Below, in pieces: positions 1 to 9,323 of a stretch of DNA of 64,000 bases. The stretch is from a virus (taxonomy: Duplodnaviria > Caudoviricetes). Within the stretch, counting starts at the first letter, position 1, and each line of letters begins with the position of its first letter. A model generated the notes under the pieces. That model did not search any database, was not told where the DNA came from, and saw only the letters and a program-made list of their open reading frames with translations. The stretch lies in the IMG/VR virus record IMGVR_UViG_3300025889_000071. One strand, written 5' to 3'. A program made the translations under genes and the position numbers.

Positions 1-2
1 CC

Positions 3-332
3 CAGACCACTCGTTCTGGTTATGGTAGCTCTGATGTTGACCTTACTGACACTTCTGAGTCCTTTGGTCTCCCTGCTACTGCTGATCTTATGTTTGCCCT
101 TATTAGCACTGAGGACCTTGAATCGCTTGGACAGATTATGGTGAAGCAACTTAAGAATCGATACAATGATCCAACAGTAAACAAAAGATTTATTGTCGGT
201 ATTGATCGTGCCAAGATGCGACTCTATGATTGTGAGCAAACTGCACAAGATGACATCCTTGACAGTGGTCAGGATGAGGAGTATAATTATGAGGAGAAAC
301 CTAAAAAGTCATTTGATGGATTTAAATTTTAA
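3..332 (+). CDS. 41: T4 gp41-like replicative DNA helicase, C-terminal part (5' truncated by window)
   Basis: Frame open from window start; QTTRSG...DTSESFGLPATAD...KQLKNRY..RFIVGIDRAKMRLYD motifs of DnaB/gp41. Confidence 0.93.
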   Translation, partial: QTTRSGYGSSDVDLTDTSESFGLPATADLMFALISTEDLESLGQIMVKQLKNRYNDPTVNKRFIVGIDRAKMRLYDCEQTAQDDILDSGQDEEYNYEEKPKKSFDGFKF

Positions 333-557
333 ATGGAGGGGAAACCTGTGATTAAACTTGATATAGATGTGACACAAGCAGTTGCTATTCGTCAAGTATT
401 GTATAAGGAGCAAGAATTTTATACTTACGATCCTACTTGTGTTCCTCCTCGTATTGTTGGTATTCGAGAAGTCATTGTTACATTGGATAAACAGATTGAA
501 GACACATTAAAAGTCCAAGAAATGATTGATGCTTTCGATGAAAACGAATTTGAGTAA
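333..557 (+). CDS. hypothetical protein
   Basis: 74-aa ORF packed directly after gp41. Confidence 0.6.
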   Translation: MEGKPVIKLDIDVTQAVAIRQVLYKEQEFYTYDPTCVPPRIVGIREVIVTLDKQIEDTLKVQEMIDAFDENEFE

Positions 558-831
558 AGTAAAAGATGCTCTGATACAATCAGATGCTCCACATTACTTT
601 GAAATTAAAAATGAAGATAGTGAGAGATACTGTCACTGTGGTAGTATGAGAGATGTAGAGCGAATAATTGCTATGCATCCTACATTCACATATGAAAAAG
701 TATATCTTCCACATCCACCAAAGACAGTGGATGTTCCGCATATAAGCGTTGCTCCTGACTGGGAACTGCCTATGCAACAAATTCTTCCCGAATCTGAACT
801 AGAACCTTTTATTCCTAACTATCATGACTAA
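526..831 (+). CDS. conserved cyanophage hypothetical protein
   Basis: 101-aa ORF overlapping neighbours; start uncertain. Confidence 0.6.
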   Translation: MMLSMKTNLSKVKDALIQSDAPHYFEIKNEDSERYCHCGSMRDVERIIAMHPTFTYEKVYLPHPPKTVDVPHISVAPDWELPMQQILPESELEPFIPNYHD

Positions 832-1231
832 AGTTGACACTGAAAAATATCTTGAATTTGTAAAAGGAGTGACTAGTGCTCCAAGCCTTGATTGGGCAAT
901 TCTTGCTTCTCGTTTAACTGAACTTGAAGTTAATGATGCTAACGTTACTCAACTTCTGACTGCTGCACTTGGATTGACTGCAGAGTCTGGTGAGTTTACT
1001 GAAGTTGTAAAGAAAATTTTCTTGCAAGGTAAACCTTACAATGAAGAAAATGTTTTTCACATGAAACGTGAATTGGGAGATATTTGTTGGTATCTTGCTC
1101 AAGCATGTATGGCTCTTGACACTACCTTTGATGAGGTGATAGAAATGAATGTAGATAAACTCAAAGCACGTTATCCTGGTGGTGAGTTTGACGTTCATTA
1201 TTCCGAAAATCGTAAGGAGGGAGACCTGTGA
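824..1231 (+). CDS. mazG: MazG-like nucleotide pyrophosphohydrolase
   Basis: GLTAESGEFTEVVKK and ELGDICWY acidic motifs. Confidence 0.92.
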   Translation: MTKVDTEKYLEFVKGVTSAPSLDWAILASRLTELEVNDANVTQLLTAALGLTAESGEFTEVVKKIFLQGKPYNEENVFHMKRELGDICWYLAQACMALDTTFDEVIEMNVDKLKARYPGGEFDVHYSENRKEGDL

Positions 1232-1371
1232 CTAAAAGACAACATATTACCAAGTCTGGAGACACCTTTGAGTGGGAAGAGACTGAAGAAACCCGTAAAG
1301 CAGTAGAAGAACTGCATAAAACTATTAGACAACTTGAAGCAAAAGCACCTGATTATGGAGTTGGTAAATGA
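1228..1371 (+). CDS. small hypothetical protein (47 aa)
   Basis: GTG start overlapping mazG stop, AGGAGG upstream, stop overlaps next ATG. Confidence 0.5.
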   Translation: MTKRQHITKSGDTFEWEETEETRKAVEELHKTIRQLEAKAPDYGVGK

Positions 1372-1571
1372 AGAACCTTCATAAAGGAGGACTTGACTTT
1401 GATGATATGGAACTCATGCAATTAGAGTTCTACGTAAATGAAATGGAGAAAAATTGTTCGATGGGTGGAGAAATCCGTCGTCATGAGTCCATCTACCATA
1501 AAATCAAAAAAGAACAATCCCGACGAATTCTTATTAAACTTGAAGAAGAGGCATTAGGTAAATTTAAATGA
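1368..1571 (+). CDS. hypothetical protein
   Basis: 67-aa ORF with ATGA overlaps. Confidence 0.6.
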   Translation: MKNLHKGGLDFDDMELMQLEFYVNEMEKNCSMGGEIRRHESIYHKIKKEQSRRILIKLEEEALGKFK

Positions 1572-1786
1572 AACTACTCACACTTGAAGATTATCAAAAA
1601 GCAGGAGAAACATTCTGGCCAAAGTATTGGTATGTTGCCAAAGAACTGGGTGACAATGCAAAACCAGAAGACATTCTTAAAGTCATGGAAGCAGTTGGTG
1701 GTGTTGCTCTCAAATTGAGACTTGAAGAAGATGATACATCACCTTTCGGATTTAATAAAAAAGAGGTAGGTCCTGATGAGTGTTGA
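1568..1786 (+). CDS. conserved cyanophage hypothetical protein
   Basis: 72 aa, MKLLTLEDYQKAGETFWPKYWY. Confidence 0.7.
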   Translation: MKLLTLEDYQKAGETFWPKYWYVAKELGDNAKPEDILKVMEAVGGVALKLRLEEDDTSPFGFNKKEVGPDEC

Positions 1787-2015
1787 GCACCCTGAAATTG
1801 CCGAAGTAGAATGGATTGATGATGCATTCTATGTTGAAAAGGGTTTTGTTTTGTGGAAGAGTGTTCGTAAAGACACAGGAAAAGATTTTTTATTTGCTCT
1901 CACCAAAGAAGCAGTAATTGATATGACACGATGGCATCTTAAGTGTGAGCAAGATGGAACTTTACATCTTTATACCCGTGTCGTAAATAGTGGTATTGTT
2001 GGAGGAAAACTTTAA
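1776..2015 (+). CDS. hypothetical protein
   Basis: 79-aa ORF with GAGG upstream. Confidence 0.65.
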   Translation: MSVEHPEIAEVEWIDDAFYVEKGFVLWKSVRKDTGKDFLFALTKEAVIDMTRWHLKCEQDGTLHLYTRVVNSGIVGGKL

Positions 2016-2030
2016 TTAAGTTCTATAGAA

Positions 2031-2038
2031 TATAAATA
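2031..2038 (+). promoter_or_regulatory. T4-type late promoter TATAAATA
   Basis: Exact consensus upstream of ORF 2066. Confidence 0.7.
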
Positions 2039-2065
2039 TTCTTATAAGAATATATTTTAGAAACA

Positions 2066-2767
2066 ATGGGCTCTAATAATCTTAAGGACTTAATGGAGGC
2101 ATATAATTCAGTATATGCATCACAACAAGTTGATGAAGGACTTGGTTCTGCTGTAAAGAAGCTTTTTGGTGGGAAGAAAAAAGAAGAAGCACCTAAACCA
2201 ATGAGTAGAGGTGAGCAACTTCGCAAGAAATATAAAGTTGGCCCTGAAAGATCAGATACTTCTGCCAAGAGACAGATTCTTGACCGCACTCGTGCAAAAG
2301 CAGAGAGAGATCAGAAACAGTATGGTGGTTCAGTATATACCAAGAGAGTTGCAGATAAATCAAAAGCAGCACATGATCGTTACTTGAAAGGTGGTTATAG
2401 TAAGTATGGTGCTGATGACCGTCGTGGTAGTGGAAATAAAGCAAGAAAGAGAGCTGCTGCTCTTAATAGAGAAGAGTTTGATATCTTTGATGTAGTTCTT
2501 GAGTTCCTCCAAGTAGAAGGATTTGCCGAAACTCTGGAACAAGCAGAGTGGATGATGGCAAATGTGATTGATGAGGAAGCAATTGAGATCATTTTTGGTG
2601 AAGAATATGTAGATGAAGCACAAGTTGCCAACAGAGACCCTGATAAGTATGAAAGAGAGCAGGCAAAGAAATCTGCTCCTGTTCGTGGAGAAAGAACTCC
2701 TATGCCACCAAGAGGTGATAAGCGTAGAGAGGACTTTGAGAAGTGGTATGCTAAAAATGTCCGCTGA
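2066..2767 (+). CDS. probable virion/head-associated protein, basic with acidic EEFDIFDVVLEFL..EG domain
   Basis: Late promoter; Lys/Arg-rich segments delimited by Glu motifs. Confidence 0.65.
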   Translation: MGSNNLKDLMEAYNSVYASQQVDEGLGSAVKKLFGGKKKEEAPKPMSRGEQLRKKYKVGPERSDTSAKRQILDRTRAKAERDQKQYGGSVYTKRVADKSKAAHDRYLKGGYSKYGADDRRGSGNKARKRAAALNREEFDIFDVVLEFLQVEGFAETLEQAEWMMANVIDEEAIEIIFGEEYVDEAQVANRDPDKYEREQAKKSAPVRGERTPMPPRGDKRREDFEKWYAKNVR

Positions 2768-2791
2768 TAAATAACCACGAAAGGTTACTCT

Positions 2792-2826
2792 AACCCCTCG
2801 ACTTTACAGTTGAGGGGTTTTATAAT
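2792..2826 (+). promoter_or_regulatory. stem-loop with nested sigma70-like promoter (TCGACT-17-TATAAT)
   Basis: AACCCCTCGAC/GTTGAGGGGTT hairpin covers the -35 box. Confidence 0.55.
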
Positions 2827-2857
2827 GCCCATATTTTTTCTAAATACTTAAAAAGTA

Positions 2858-4147
2858 TTGTGTGTTATGAGTAGCACTGCCAAACAAGAAGATTGTTCTA
2901 TTTTATTCTTTAAAGAACATTGTGATAATAGATTTAATCTTACAGATAAACAATATGCTGAACTAGACAAGAAAGCATTTGGTAAGAGTGGAGTTTATCC
3001 TCAAGCAAATGCAGTTTGGAGAAGAAGTTATGATGAACAGGTTCTTGGTCTCCAACAGTATATGATATCGAGAAGTATTTCAACAGCAGGTTGGGTTTGG
3101 TCTAGAGATCAGGCAAATGGTATGATGAATTTTTTGAATAACATTGCACAGAAAAAATGCGGAGTTACTGGATCTCTTGATAGTTGGAATCCAATGGATG
3201 TTGTTGCTGTAAAAAAATCAGAAGAGGGAAAGATAAAAAAAAGAATAACAGAGATGTGTGATACTGGTGATAAACTATTGAATTTGAATACCTTAAATGA
3301 TTTGATGGAAGAATATATTAGAGACAAGAAACTAATGCCAATATCTCTCAAACAAGTTGGTAAAAATGAGAGAGGCACTTTTGAGATGAGTTCTAAATTA
3401 AAAAGTAGAGAAGCAAAAAGAAGGTCTCTTCACGATTTTTCTGCAGATAATTTTATGTGTGATTTAGCATGGGATGCTAATCAAAATGAATGGAAATTTG
3501 CACAGGAAATTTCTTGGGATATGATTGATAAAGGTGGTGGTGGTAGAAGTGCTTTATCTGTTCATGTTCAGGGTAGAACATTTCAGGCAAAACAACCTAG
3601 AGAAAAACCACAACATAGTGGTGCAGCGATTGGGGCAACGGGTGCTATGCTTGGTAAAGCATCTGTGGGAAAGTTAGATGCTTTTGTAAAAAAATGTGGT
3701 TTGGACGTAGTTCCTGCCCCAGCAAAACATCCACACATTCCTAGTGCTGGACAAACTTGGTCTGAGTCAGATAAAAAATATTGGATTGATTTATATAATA
3801 CACTCAAATCCGCAACAATTGATGGGAAGAAGATAGATTTTGGTAGGCCAGGAAAGTATGAAGAGGGAACTAATCCTATAGAAAGTGGATTTGAAGCAGC
3901 ACTTAATGAAGCTTGTCTTGCAGATCAAAGAGATGCTAGAACAAAAACTGGTAGATCTGCTGGGAGTAGATTAACTGCGAAGTTGTGGGGAATGGAATGG
4001 TTACATCGTTACTATATGATGTCTAAAAAGAAAAAGTTTGATGTCTTTATGCATGTACTAGTTGATGCTATGAAGAAGGAGTCTTCAACTGCAGGACCTT
4101 TTATTAAGGTGTTCGGTAAACCAGGACTTACCGCAAGAAGATACTAA
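2858..4147 (+). CDS. hypothetical protein, possible PD-(D/E)XK-like nuclease fold
   Basis: 429-aa ORF; WNPMDVV...PISLKQ spacing resembles PD..(D/E/S)xK. Confidence 0.6.
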   Translation: MCVMSSTAKQEDCSILFFKEHCDNRFNLTDKQYAELDKKAFGKSGVYPQANAVWRRSYDEQVLGLQQYMISRSISTAGWVWSRDQANGMMNFLNNIAQKKCGVTGSLDSWNPMDVVAVKKSEEGKIKKRITEMCDTGDKLLNLNTLNDLMEEYIRDKKLMPISLKQVGKNERGTFEMSSKLKSREAKRRSLHDFSADNFMCDLAWDANQNEWKFAQEISWDMIDKGGGGRSALSVHVQGRTFQAKQPREKPQHSGAAIGATGAMLGKASVGKLDAFVKKCGLDVVPAPAKHPHIPSAGQTWSESDKKYWIDLYNTLKSATIDGKKIDFGRPGKYEEGTNPIESGFEAALNEACLADQRDARTKTGRSAGSRLTAKLWGMEWLHRYYMMSKKKKFDVFMHVLVDAMKKESSTAGPFIKVFGKPGLTARRY

Positions 4148-4173
4148 ATATAATATAAGGACAAACAATATAG

Positions 4174-5427
4174 ATGAAAAGTTTTTTCCAATTTCTAAAT
4201 GAGGCAGGAACTTCTCAAGCTTCAATGCAAGCACAGAAGTTAAATCTCAAGAGTGATGGCCATGGCGGATGGTTAGATACTCGTGGCAATTTTGTGGCAA
4301 CTACAGAAAAAGGAAAATTAGTTTTTAAGGATAAGAAAAAAACAACAACTCAACAACAACCTGTTGAAAAACCTGCTGCAAGACAACAACCTGCAGCAGC
4401 ACAGGAAAAACCAAAGGCAGAACCAACATCACAAGAAAAAACAAAAGCACAGAAACCAGAAGGTGGTGAATCTGATTCTGGCTTAGAGGGAGATACTTTA
4501 ACAGTTGCATTTGGTCGTTTCAATCCACCTACTGTTGGTCATGGAAAACTTTTAAGTGCTGCGAAAAAAGCAGCATCTGGTGGAGACCTTAAAATATATC
4601 CATCCAGAACACAGGATCCAAAGAAGAATCCACTTGATCCTGATATGAAGATTTCGTTTATGAAAAAAATGTTCCCTGAATTTGAAGAGAACATTATTAA
4701 TGACGATCAAATGAAATCAATATTTAATGTTTTAATTGCCGCAGACGAAGAAGAATATACTAACATTAATATTATTGTTGGTTCAGACCGTGTAGCAGAA
4801 TTTGAAAATCTTGCAACAAAGTATAATGGAGACCTTTATAACTTTGAAATGATTCGTGTAATTTCTGCAGGTGTTCGTGATGCCGATGCTGAAGGTGTGG
4901 AAGGAATGTCTGCATCCAAGATGAGAAAGGCTGTAATGGATGATGACTTTGAATCATTCCGTAAAGGAACACCAAAGGCATTAGATGATGGAGAAACACA
5001 ATCTCTTTTTAATGCAGTTCGTCAGGGAATGGGTAAAAAGAAAACGAAAAAAGAAGTGACTGAACTCTGGCAAGTTGCACCAAAGTTTGACACTAATGGA
5101 TTAAGAGAGCATTATGTTGGTAATAGAATTTTTAGAAAAGGAACACTTGTAGAAAATTTAAATACAGGATTGATTGGTGAAGTTATTCGTAGAGGAACAA
5201 ATTATTTAATTTGTGTGACTGAAGGAAATGATATGTTCAAATCTTGGATTCATGATGTAATGGAAGTAAAAGAAAAAATATTCACTAATACTTGTGGAGT
5301 TCCCGCAGATCAAAGAGAAGTCGGAACAGATTCGTTGAGAAAATACACAATGAAAATGACTGACACTGCAAAGATAGATAATTTTAATATAAAGCAATTT
5401 ATAAATAAGTATAAAGCTAAGAAGTAA
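4174..5427 (+). CDS. HIGH-family nucleotidyltransferase (cyanophage cytidyltransferase / NMNAT-like)
   Basis: TVAFGRFNPPTVGH, VGSDRV and GMSASKMR motifs. Confidence 0.85.
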   Translation: MKSFFQFLNEAGTSQASMQAQKLNLKSDGHGGWLDTRGNFVATTEKGKLVFKDKKKTTTQQQPVEKPAARQQPAAAQEKPKAEPTSQEKTKAQKPEGGESDSGLEGDTLTVAFGRFNPPTVGHGKLLSAAKKAASGGDLKIYPSRTQDPKKNPLDPDMKISFMKKMFPEFEENIINDDQMKSIFNVLIAADEEEYTNINIIVGSDRVAEFENLATKYNGDLYNFEMIRVISAGVRDADAEGVEGMSASKMRKAVMDDDFESFRKGTPKALDDGETQSLFNAVRQGMGKKKTKKEVTELWQVAPKFDTNGLREHYVGNRIFRKGTLVENLNTGLIGEVIRRGTNYLICVTEGNDMFKSWIHDVMEVKEKIFTNTCGVPADQREVGTDSLRKYTMKMTDTAKIDNFNIKQFINKYKAKK

Positions 5428-5439
5428 CGTTTTATACTC

Positions 5440-7047
5440 ATGACTCATCTTAACGATATTTCCAAACTCTATTTGGAAAAAGTTGCGGATTCTTCATATC
5501 TTGAAACTGATATGAAAAAGCGCCAGAAGAATAACGAAAAGGCAATCGCAGATATGAAGAAAGTTAAGGATGATACTGTTCCCCGTTGGATGAAGGAAGC
5601 AGTAAAGGGTCAAGATACTGAAATGAGAAAAGCAGCAGCTGCTGATAGAAAGGCAGGAGATAAAAAACTTTCCCCATCAGTAGGAAAAGCAAATGCTGAT
5701 AAAATGCAGAGAGATATTAAATTCTATGATAAACTCACCAAGAAGACTAAACCATCTGTGGTTGGAATGACTCATGAAGCACTTGATCCTGTAGGCAAGG
5801 AAGATGGTGATGTTAATAATGATGGTAAAAAGGATAAGACTGATAATTATTTGATGAAGCGTCGTAAGGCAATTGGTAAAGCAATTGCTACAAGAAAAGA
5901 AGAGATTGAGCAGATTGATGAGATTCATGGTCAGGCACACAAACCTCATGAAGTTCCTGATAAAAATTTAAAAGGAATGGTAAAGAAAGCCGTCAAGAGA
6001 GTTGATGCTGATGTTGATGGTGATGTAGATAGCAAAGATATGAAATCTTCAGAGATGGGAGAGTTTATTCCATCAGTTGATGGTAAGGGAAAAGTCAAAA
6101 CAAAGGCAAGATTTGAAAGTTATTCAAATTGGAAACAAGACCTTTCCGAAGTTATTAGTGATAATGATGAAAAACCAATTAAAGAAAAGAAAGTAAATAA
6201 TAAAATTAAAATCAATCCAGAATTCAAAGAATCATTTGATGAAATTGGTGGAACATTAATTGAAATGATAGAACTTGATGAATTTGAATATGTTGTTGAA
6301 TCTGTGTATGAAGAACTGATTGAAGAAGGATTTACTGAAGATGAAGTTGAGTATGGTATTGAGACTGCACTTACTACTCTTGATGAAGGATATTATGATT
6401 CTGCAGTAGAAACATCCAAATCAAGATCTGGAGAACCTGCACCTAAAAAGAAAACTAAAACTTTAGGGGATAGAGTTAGAGGAGCACTTAAATCTGCTGC
6501 TAAAAAGGCTATCATAGGCACTGCTCGTGCTGCAGGAAAGGCAATGAAAACAAAGGCACAGGTTCAGGGAGCACCTGGAAGAGCAAAAGCAATGGCAAAA
6601 GATTACATGGGCCGTGTAAAAAGAGTTGCTAAAGCAGGATATGAATCTGGTAGAGGACCTGTTGAAAAGAAAACATCTTACAGAGGTAAAGGTGTAGGTC
6701 GTAAGGAAAAAATTGGTGAAGAAGCAGAAACCTCAACTGTAACACCAGACCAAAAAAAGCAGATTGAAATGAAGAAAAAGATGCTTCAGAAGAAATTGAT
6801 GCTTCAGAAGCAGGCAATGCAGATGCAGAAACAGGGAAAACTTGCTCTGAATTATTCTGAATCTGCAGAAGATCGTTTGAGAGATTTTCGTCAAGAACGT
6901 GGTGGTCTTGATGGCAACAAACGTTATGATCGTCCCCCTGCAAGAAAGTCTACCAATAAGGAATTGGGAATTCGTGATTTTACCCCTGCCGAAAAAGAAA
7001 AAAGAGCAAAGGAGATTGCAGCAAATCTTAAAAAAATGAGAGGTTGA
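5440..7047 (+). CDS. large probable virion/head protein with DxDxDG Ca-binding-like loops
   Basis: 535 aa; DVNNDGKKDKTD and DADVDGDVDSKD; late-promoter motif upstream. Confidence 0.65.
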   Translation: MTHLNDISKLYLEKVADSSYLETDMKKRQKNNEKAIADMKKVKDDTVPRWMKEAVKGQDTEMRKAAAADRKAGDKKLSPSVGKANADKMQRDIKFYDKLTKKTKPSVVGMTHEALDPVGKEDGDVNNDGKKDKTDNYLMKRRKAIGKAIATRKEEIEQIDEIHGQAHKPHEVPDKNLKGMVKKAVKRVDADVDGDVDSKDMKSSEMGEFIPSVDGKGKVKTKARFESYSNWKQDLSEVISDNDEKPIKEKKVNNKIKINPEFKESFDEIGGTLIEMIELDEFEYVVESVYEELIEEGFTEDEVEYGIETALTTLDEGYYDSAVETSKSRSGEPAPKKKTKTLGDRVRGALKSAAKKAIIGTARAAGKAMKTKAQVQGAPGRAKAMAKDYMGRVKRVAKAGYESGRGPVEKKTSYRGKGVGRKEKIGEEAETSTVTPDQKKQIEMKKKMLQKKLMLQKQAMQMQKQGKLALNYSESAEDRLRDFRQERGGLDGNKRYDRPPARKSTNKELGIRDFTPAEKEKRAKEIAANLKKMRG

Positions 7048-7048
7048 T

Positions 7049-7408
7049 ATGCCAGCAGTATCTAAATCCCAGCAAAAGTTTTTTGGAATAGTTCGTGCCA
7101 TTCAAAAAGGTGAGATGACACCTACTACTCCTGAAACTGCTGAAGTTGCCGCTTCTATGAAAAAGAAGGATGTAAAGGACTTTGCATCTACAAAACATAA
7201 AGGACTTCCTGATAAGAAAGAGGTCAAGGAAGCACTTCGTTCTTCTTTGTTGACTGATAAGAAGTTTATGAAAAAGGTTGATTCTGAAAAGAATAAAAAG
7301 AAAAACTTCAGTAAGTTTGTGCAAGATGCTGAAGCAGCAAAGAAGAGAACATATGAAGTTGACAAAAAAACTCCATATAATGTTCACAAAAATACTAGAT
7401 ATTATTGA
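7049..7408 (+). CDS. conserved hypothetical protein (MPAVSKSQQKFFG N-terminus)
   Basis: 119-aa ORF with GAGG RBS. Confidence 0.7.
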   Translation: MPAVSKSQQKFFGIVRAIQKGEMTPTTPETAEVAASMKKKDVKDFASTKHKGLPDKKEVKEALRSSLLTDKKFMKKVDSEKNKKKNFSKFVQDAEAAKKRTYEVDKKTPYNVHKNTRYY

Positions 7409-7444
7409 TTGAACTGATATATAGTTTAGATTTTGGATTAAAGT

Positions 7445-7648
7445 ATGTTAGCATTTCTACTCCCATTAGCAGCAAAGGTAATTCAAGATGCAGTTGCCAA
7501 GATTCCAGAAAATGAAGAACTTGGTGAGAAGTTGGTTGAGATCTGTCTTGTTATCTTGGGTAAAGCGGTTAAGCTGACCAAGACTGATATGGATGACCAA
7601 CTTCTCGAAGTCGTCAAGAAGGCGATGGTAGCAAGGGAAGAAGAATAA
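7445..7648 (+). CDS. conserved hypothetical protein
   Basis: 67 aa, amphipathic helices. Confidence 0.65.
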   Translation: MLAFLLPLAAKVIQDAVAKIPENEELGEKLVEICLVILGKAVKLTKTDMDDQLLEVVKKAMVAREEE

Positions 7649-7669
7649 AACATAAATATTATTATTCGG

Positions 7670-7698
7670 AGGAGACCCTTCGCTGGTCTCCTTTTTTT
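7670..7698 (+). terminator. rho-independent terminator
   Basis: AGGAGACC/GGTCTCCT stem followed by T run. Confidence 0.75.
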
Positions 7699-7740
7699 AT
7701 AAATATTATTAGAAAAAAAATCTTATTAGGTAGGAAAGAC

Positions 7741-8310
7741 ATGGCACTCTGGGGAAATAATGATAACAGAGATTCGCAGGGAACTGTTACTCTGGACTAT
7801 GCAACAGGTATTTGCACCGGAAGTAATGAAGAATCACCTGGTTCCGGAACCCTTTTTGGTGAAACCGGCAGCGTTCAAGTAGGTGATGTTATTAGATTTG
7901 GTGATCGTGAAAAAGGTGGTGGGAAAGTATATTTTGGAGAGGCTGTAGTTGTCAGTATTGCTAGCACAACTTCACTAACAATTGGATCTACTGCTAATTT
8001 AAGTGGAGTTGCTATTGCTGCAACATCGTTCTCTGCAGCAAGTTCTCCTAAGTATGTTGTTGGAGATTCTTCATTTAGTGAGGCACAAGCTCAAGGGCAT
8101 GGTTACTCCAAATTACCATATGGAGTTGCTGCTGGTGGTGTTGATGATGCACAGGGAGGAGCGTATGCAACTGCTGCAGGTTGGGTTGGTGTTACCACTT
8201 ATGTTGATGAGTCTGGATCACTCAGAGTTAAGAAAGAAGTTCTTGTTGCTATGTCCGGTATTACTACAGGCAATACACCTTCATATCCAAACATCGAAGA
8301 TGCTGTATGA
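7741..8310 (+). CDS. probable structural protein (MALWG N-terminus)
   Basis: Gly/Ser/Thr-rich 189 aa, TATAAATA upstream. Confidence 0.65.
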   Translation: MALWGNNDNRDSQGTVTLDYATGICTGSNEESPGSGTLFGETGSVQVGDVIRFGDREKGGGKVYFGEAVVVSIASTTSLTIGSTANLSGVAIAATSFSAASSPKYVVGDSSFSEAQAQGHGYSKLPYGVAAGGVDDAQGGAYATAAGWVGVTTYVDESGSLRVKKEVLVAMSGITTGNTPSYPNIEDAV

Positions 8311-8320
8311 TAATTGATTT

Positions 8321-8716
8321 ATGTTATTCAATGATCTGAACGATAATAATTTTCTTTTATTTGCAATAAAAAACTATTGTAATCCTCAAGCAGTTACAAA
8401 AGAAGATTTTGATCGTGATTTGAATCATTTTAAATATATAAAAAGATTATTGAAAAAATATAAAAATGGTGGTGAACTTAAAACTCATTTAATATTAAAT
8501 CATTTTATCGTAATCTATAATATTTTTGATGATGCGGCTACACCAATGCTTTTTTTCAAACTTGATGAAGAATTGTGGTCTTATGTAAAAACTTTTATTG
8601 TTTTTTTGAATCGTCTTCCAGAATATCCACATTGTTATATTCATGATATTCAAGTTGATTTGAATTGTTTAAAGGAACTTAACAAGATCTATGATGAAAA
8701 GAAAGAATCTAGATAG
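8321..8716 (+). CDS. conserved T4-like hypothetical protein
   Basis: 131 aa, FDRDLNHFKYIKRL..ILNHFIVIYNIF. Confidence 0.75.
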   Translation: MLFNDLNDNNFLLFAIKNYCNPQAVTKEDFDRDLNHFKYIKRLLKKYKNGGELKTHLILNHFIVIYNIFDDAATPMLFFKLDEELWSYVKTFIVFLNRLPEYPHCYIHDIQVDLNCLKELNKIYDEKKESR

Positions 8717-8906
8717 AATTATCAATATAATTCGGGAGCAAATGGTAGCAAATGCTCCCGGAGGTTCTGGTGGATTTAGTCAATCATCAGATGCTGCAGG
8801 ACCAACTGCGGGGTATGATCCTGTTATGAAAAAAAGGCAGATTAAAATGCCTCCAGGTTCACGCAAAAAATGGTTAGATCATTTAAGAGGAAAGAAAAGT
8901 GTTTAG
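8691..8906 (+). CDS. hypothetical protein
   Basis: 71-aa ORF overlapping neighbours. Confidence 0.55.
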   Translation: MMKRKNLDRIINIIREQMVANAPGGSGGFSQSSDAAGPTAGYDPVMKKRQIKMPPGSRKKWLDHLRGKKSV

Positions 8907-9312
8907 TCAAGGATCAAAAGTAGCGGTTCTTGAATCGAAACTTGATGTTTATGAAGATCTTTCCCGTGAAATGCTTACTAAATTAGAAGCAGCCGTAGAA
9001 AAGATATCGGAAGGAAATAATCGTATTGCTCAAATTCTGACTAGACATGATGAAAGAATTGAGCAAAGCATGAAGACTGATACTCTTATCATTAAAATGA
9101 TTGATGAATTAAAAGAAGAAAGTGAGAACGATCATAAAGTTATTCATGAAAGAATTGATAGATTACAGGTAGAAATAAAAGCATTCTCAAAGTTTCGTTG
9201 GCAGGTCGGTGGTGTTCTTGCCGTAGCAGCACTCATCATAGGTGCCGGTAGTAGAATCGTCCCTATGTTCTTGACCCCACAACCACAGCAGGTTATAATA
9301 GAGAGACAGTAA
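8899..9312 (+). CDS. coiled-coil protein with C-terminal hydrophobic helix
   Basis: Heptad-like N-part, WQVGGVLAVAALIIG. Confidence 0.65.
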   Translation: MFSQGSKVAVLESKLDVYEDLSREMLTKLEAAVEKISEGNNRIAQILTRHDERIEQSMKTDTLIIKMIDELKEESENDHKVIHERIDRLQVEIKAFSKFRWQVGGVLAVAALIIGAGSRIVPMFLTPQPQQVIIERQ

Positions 9313-9323
9313 AAGTCTTTGTA

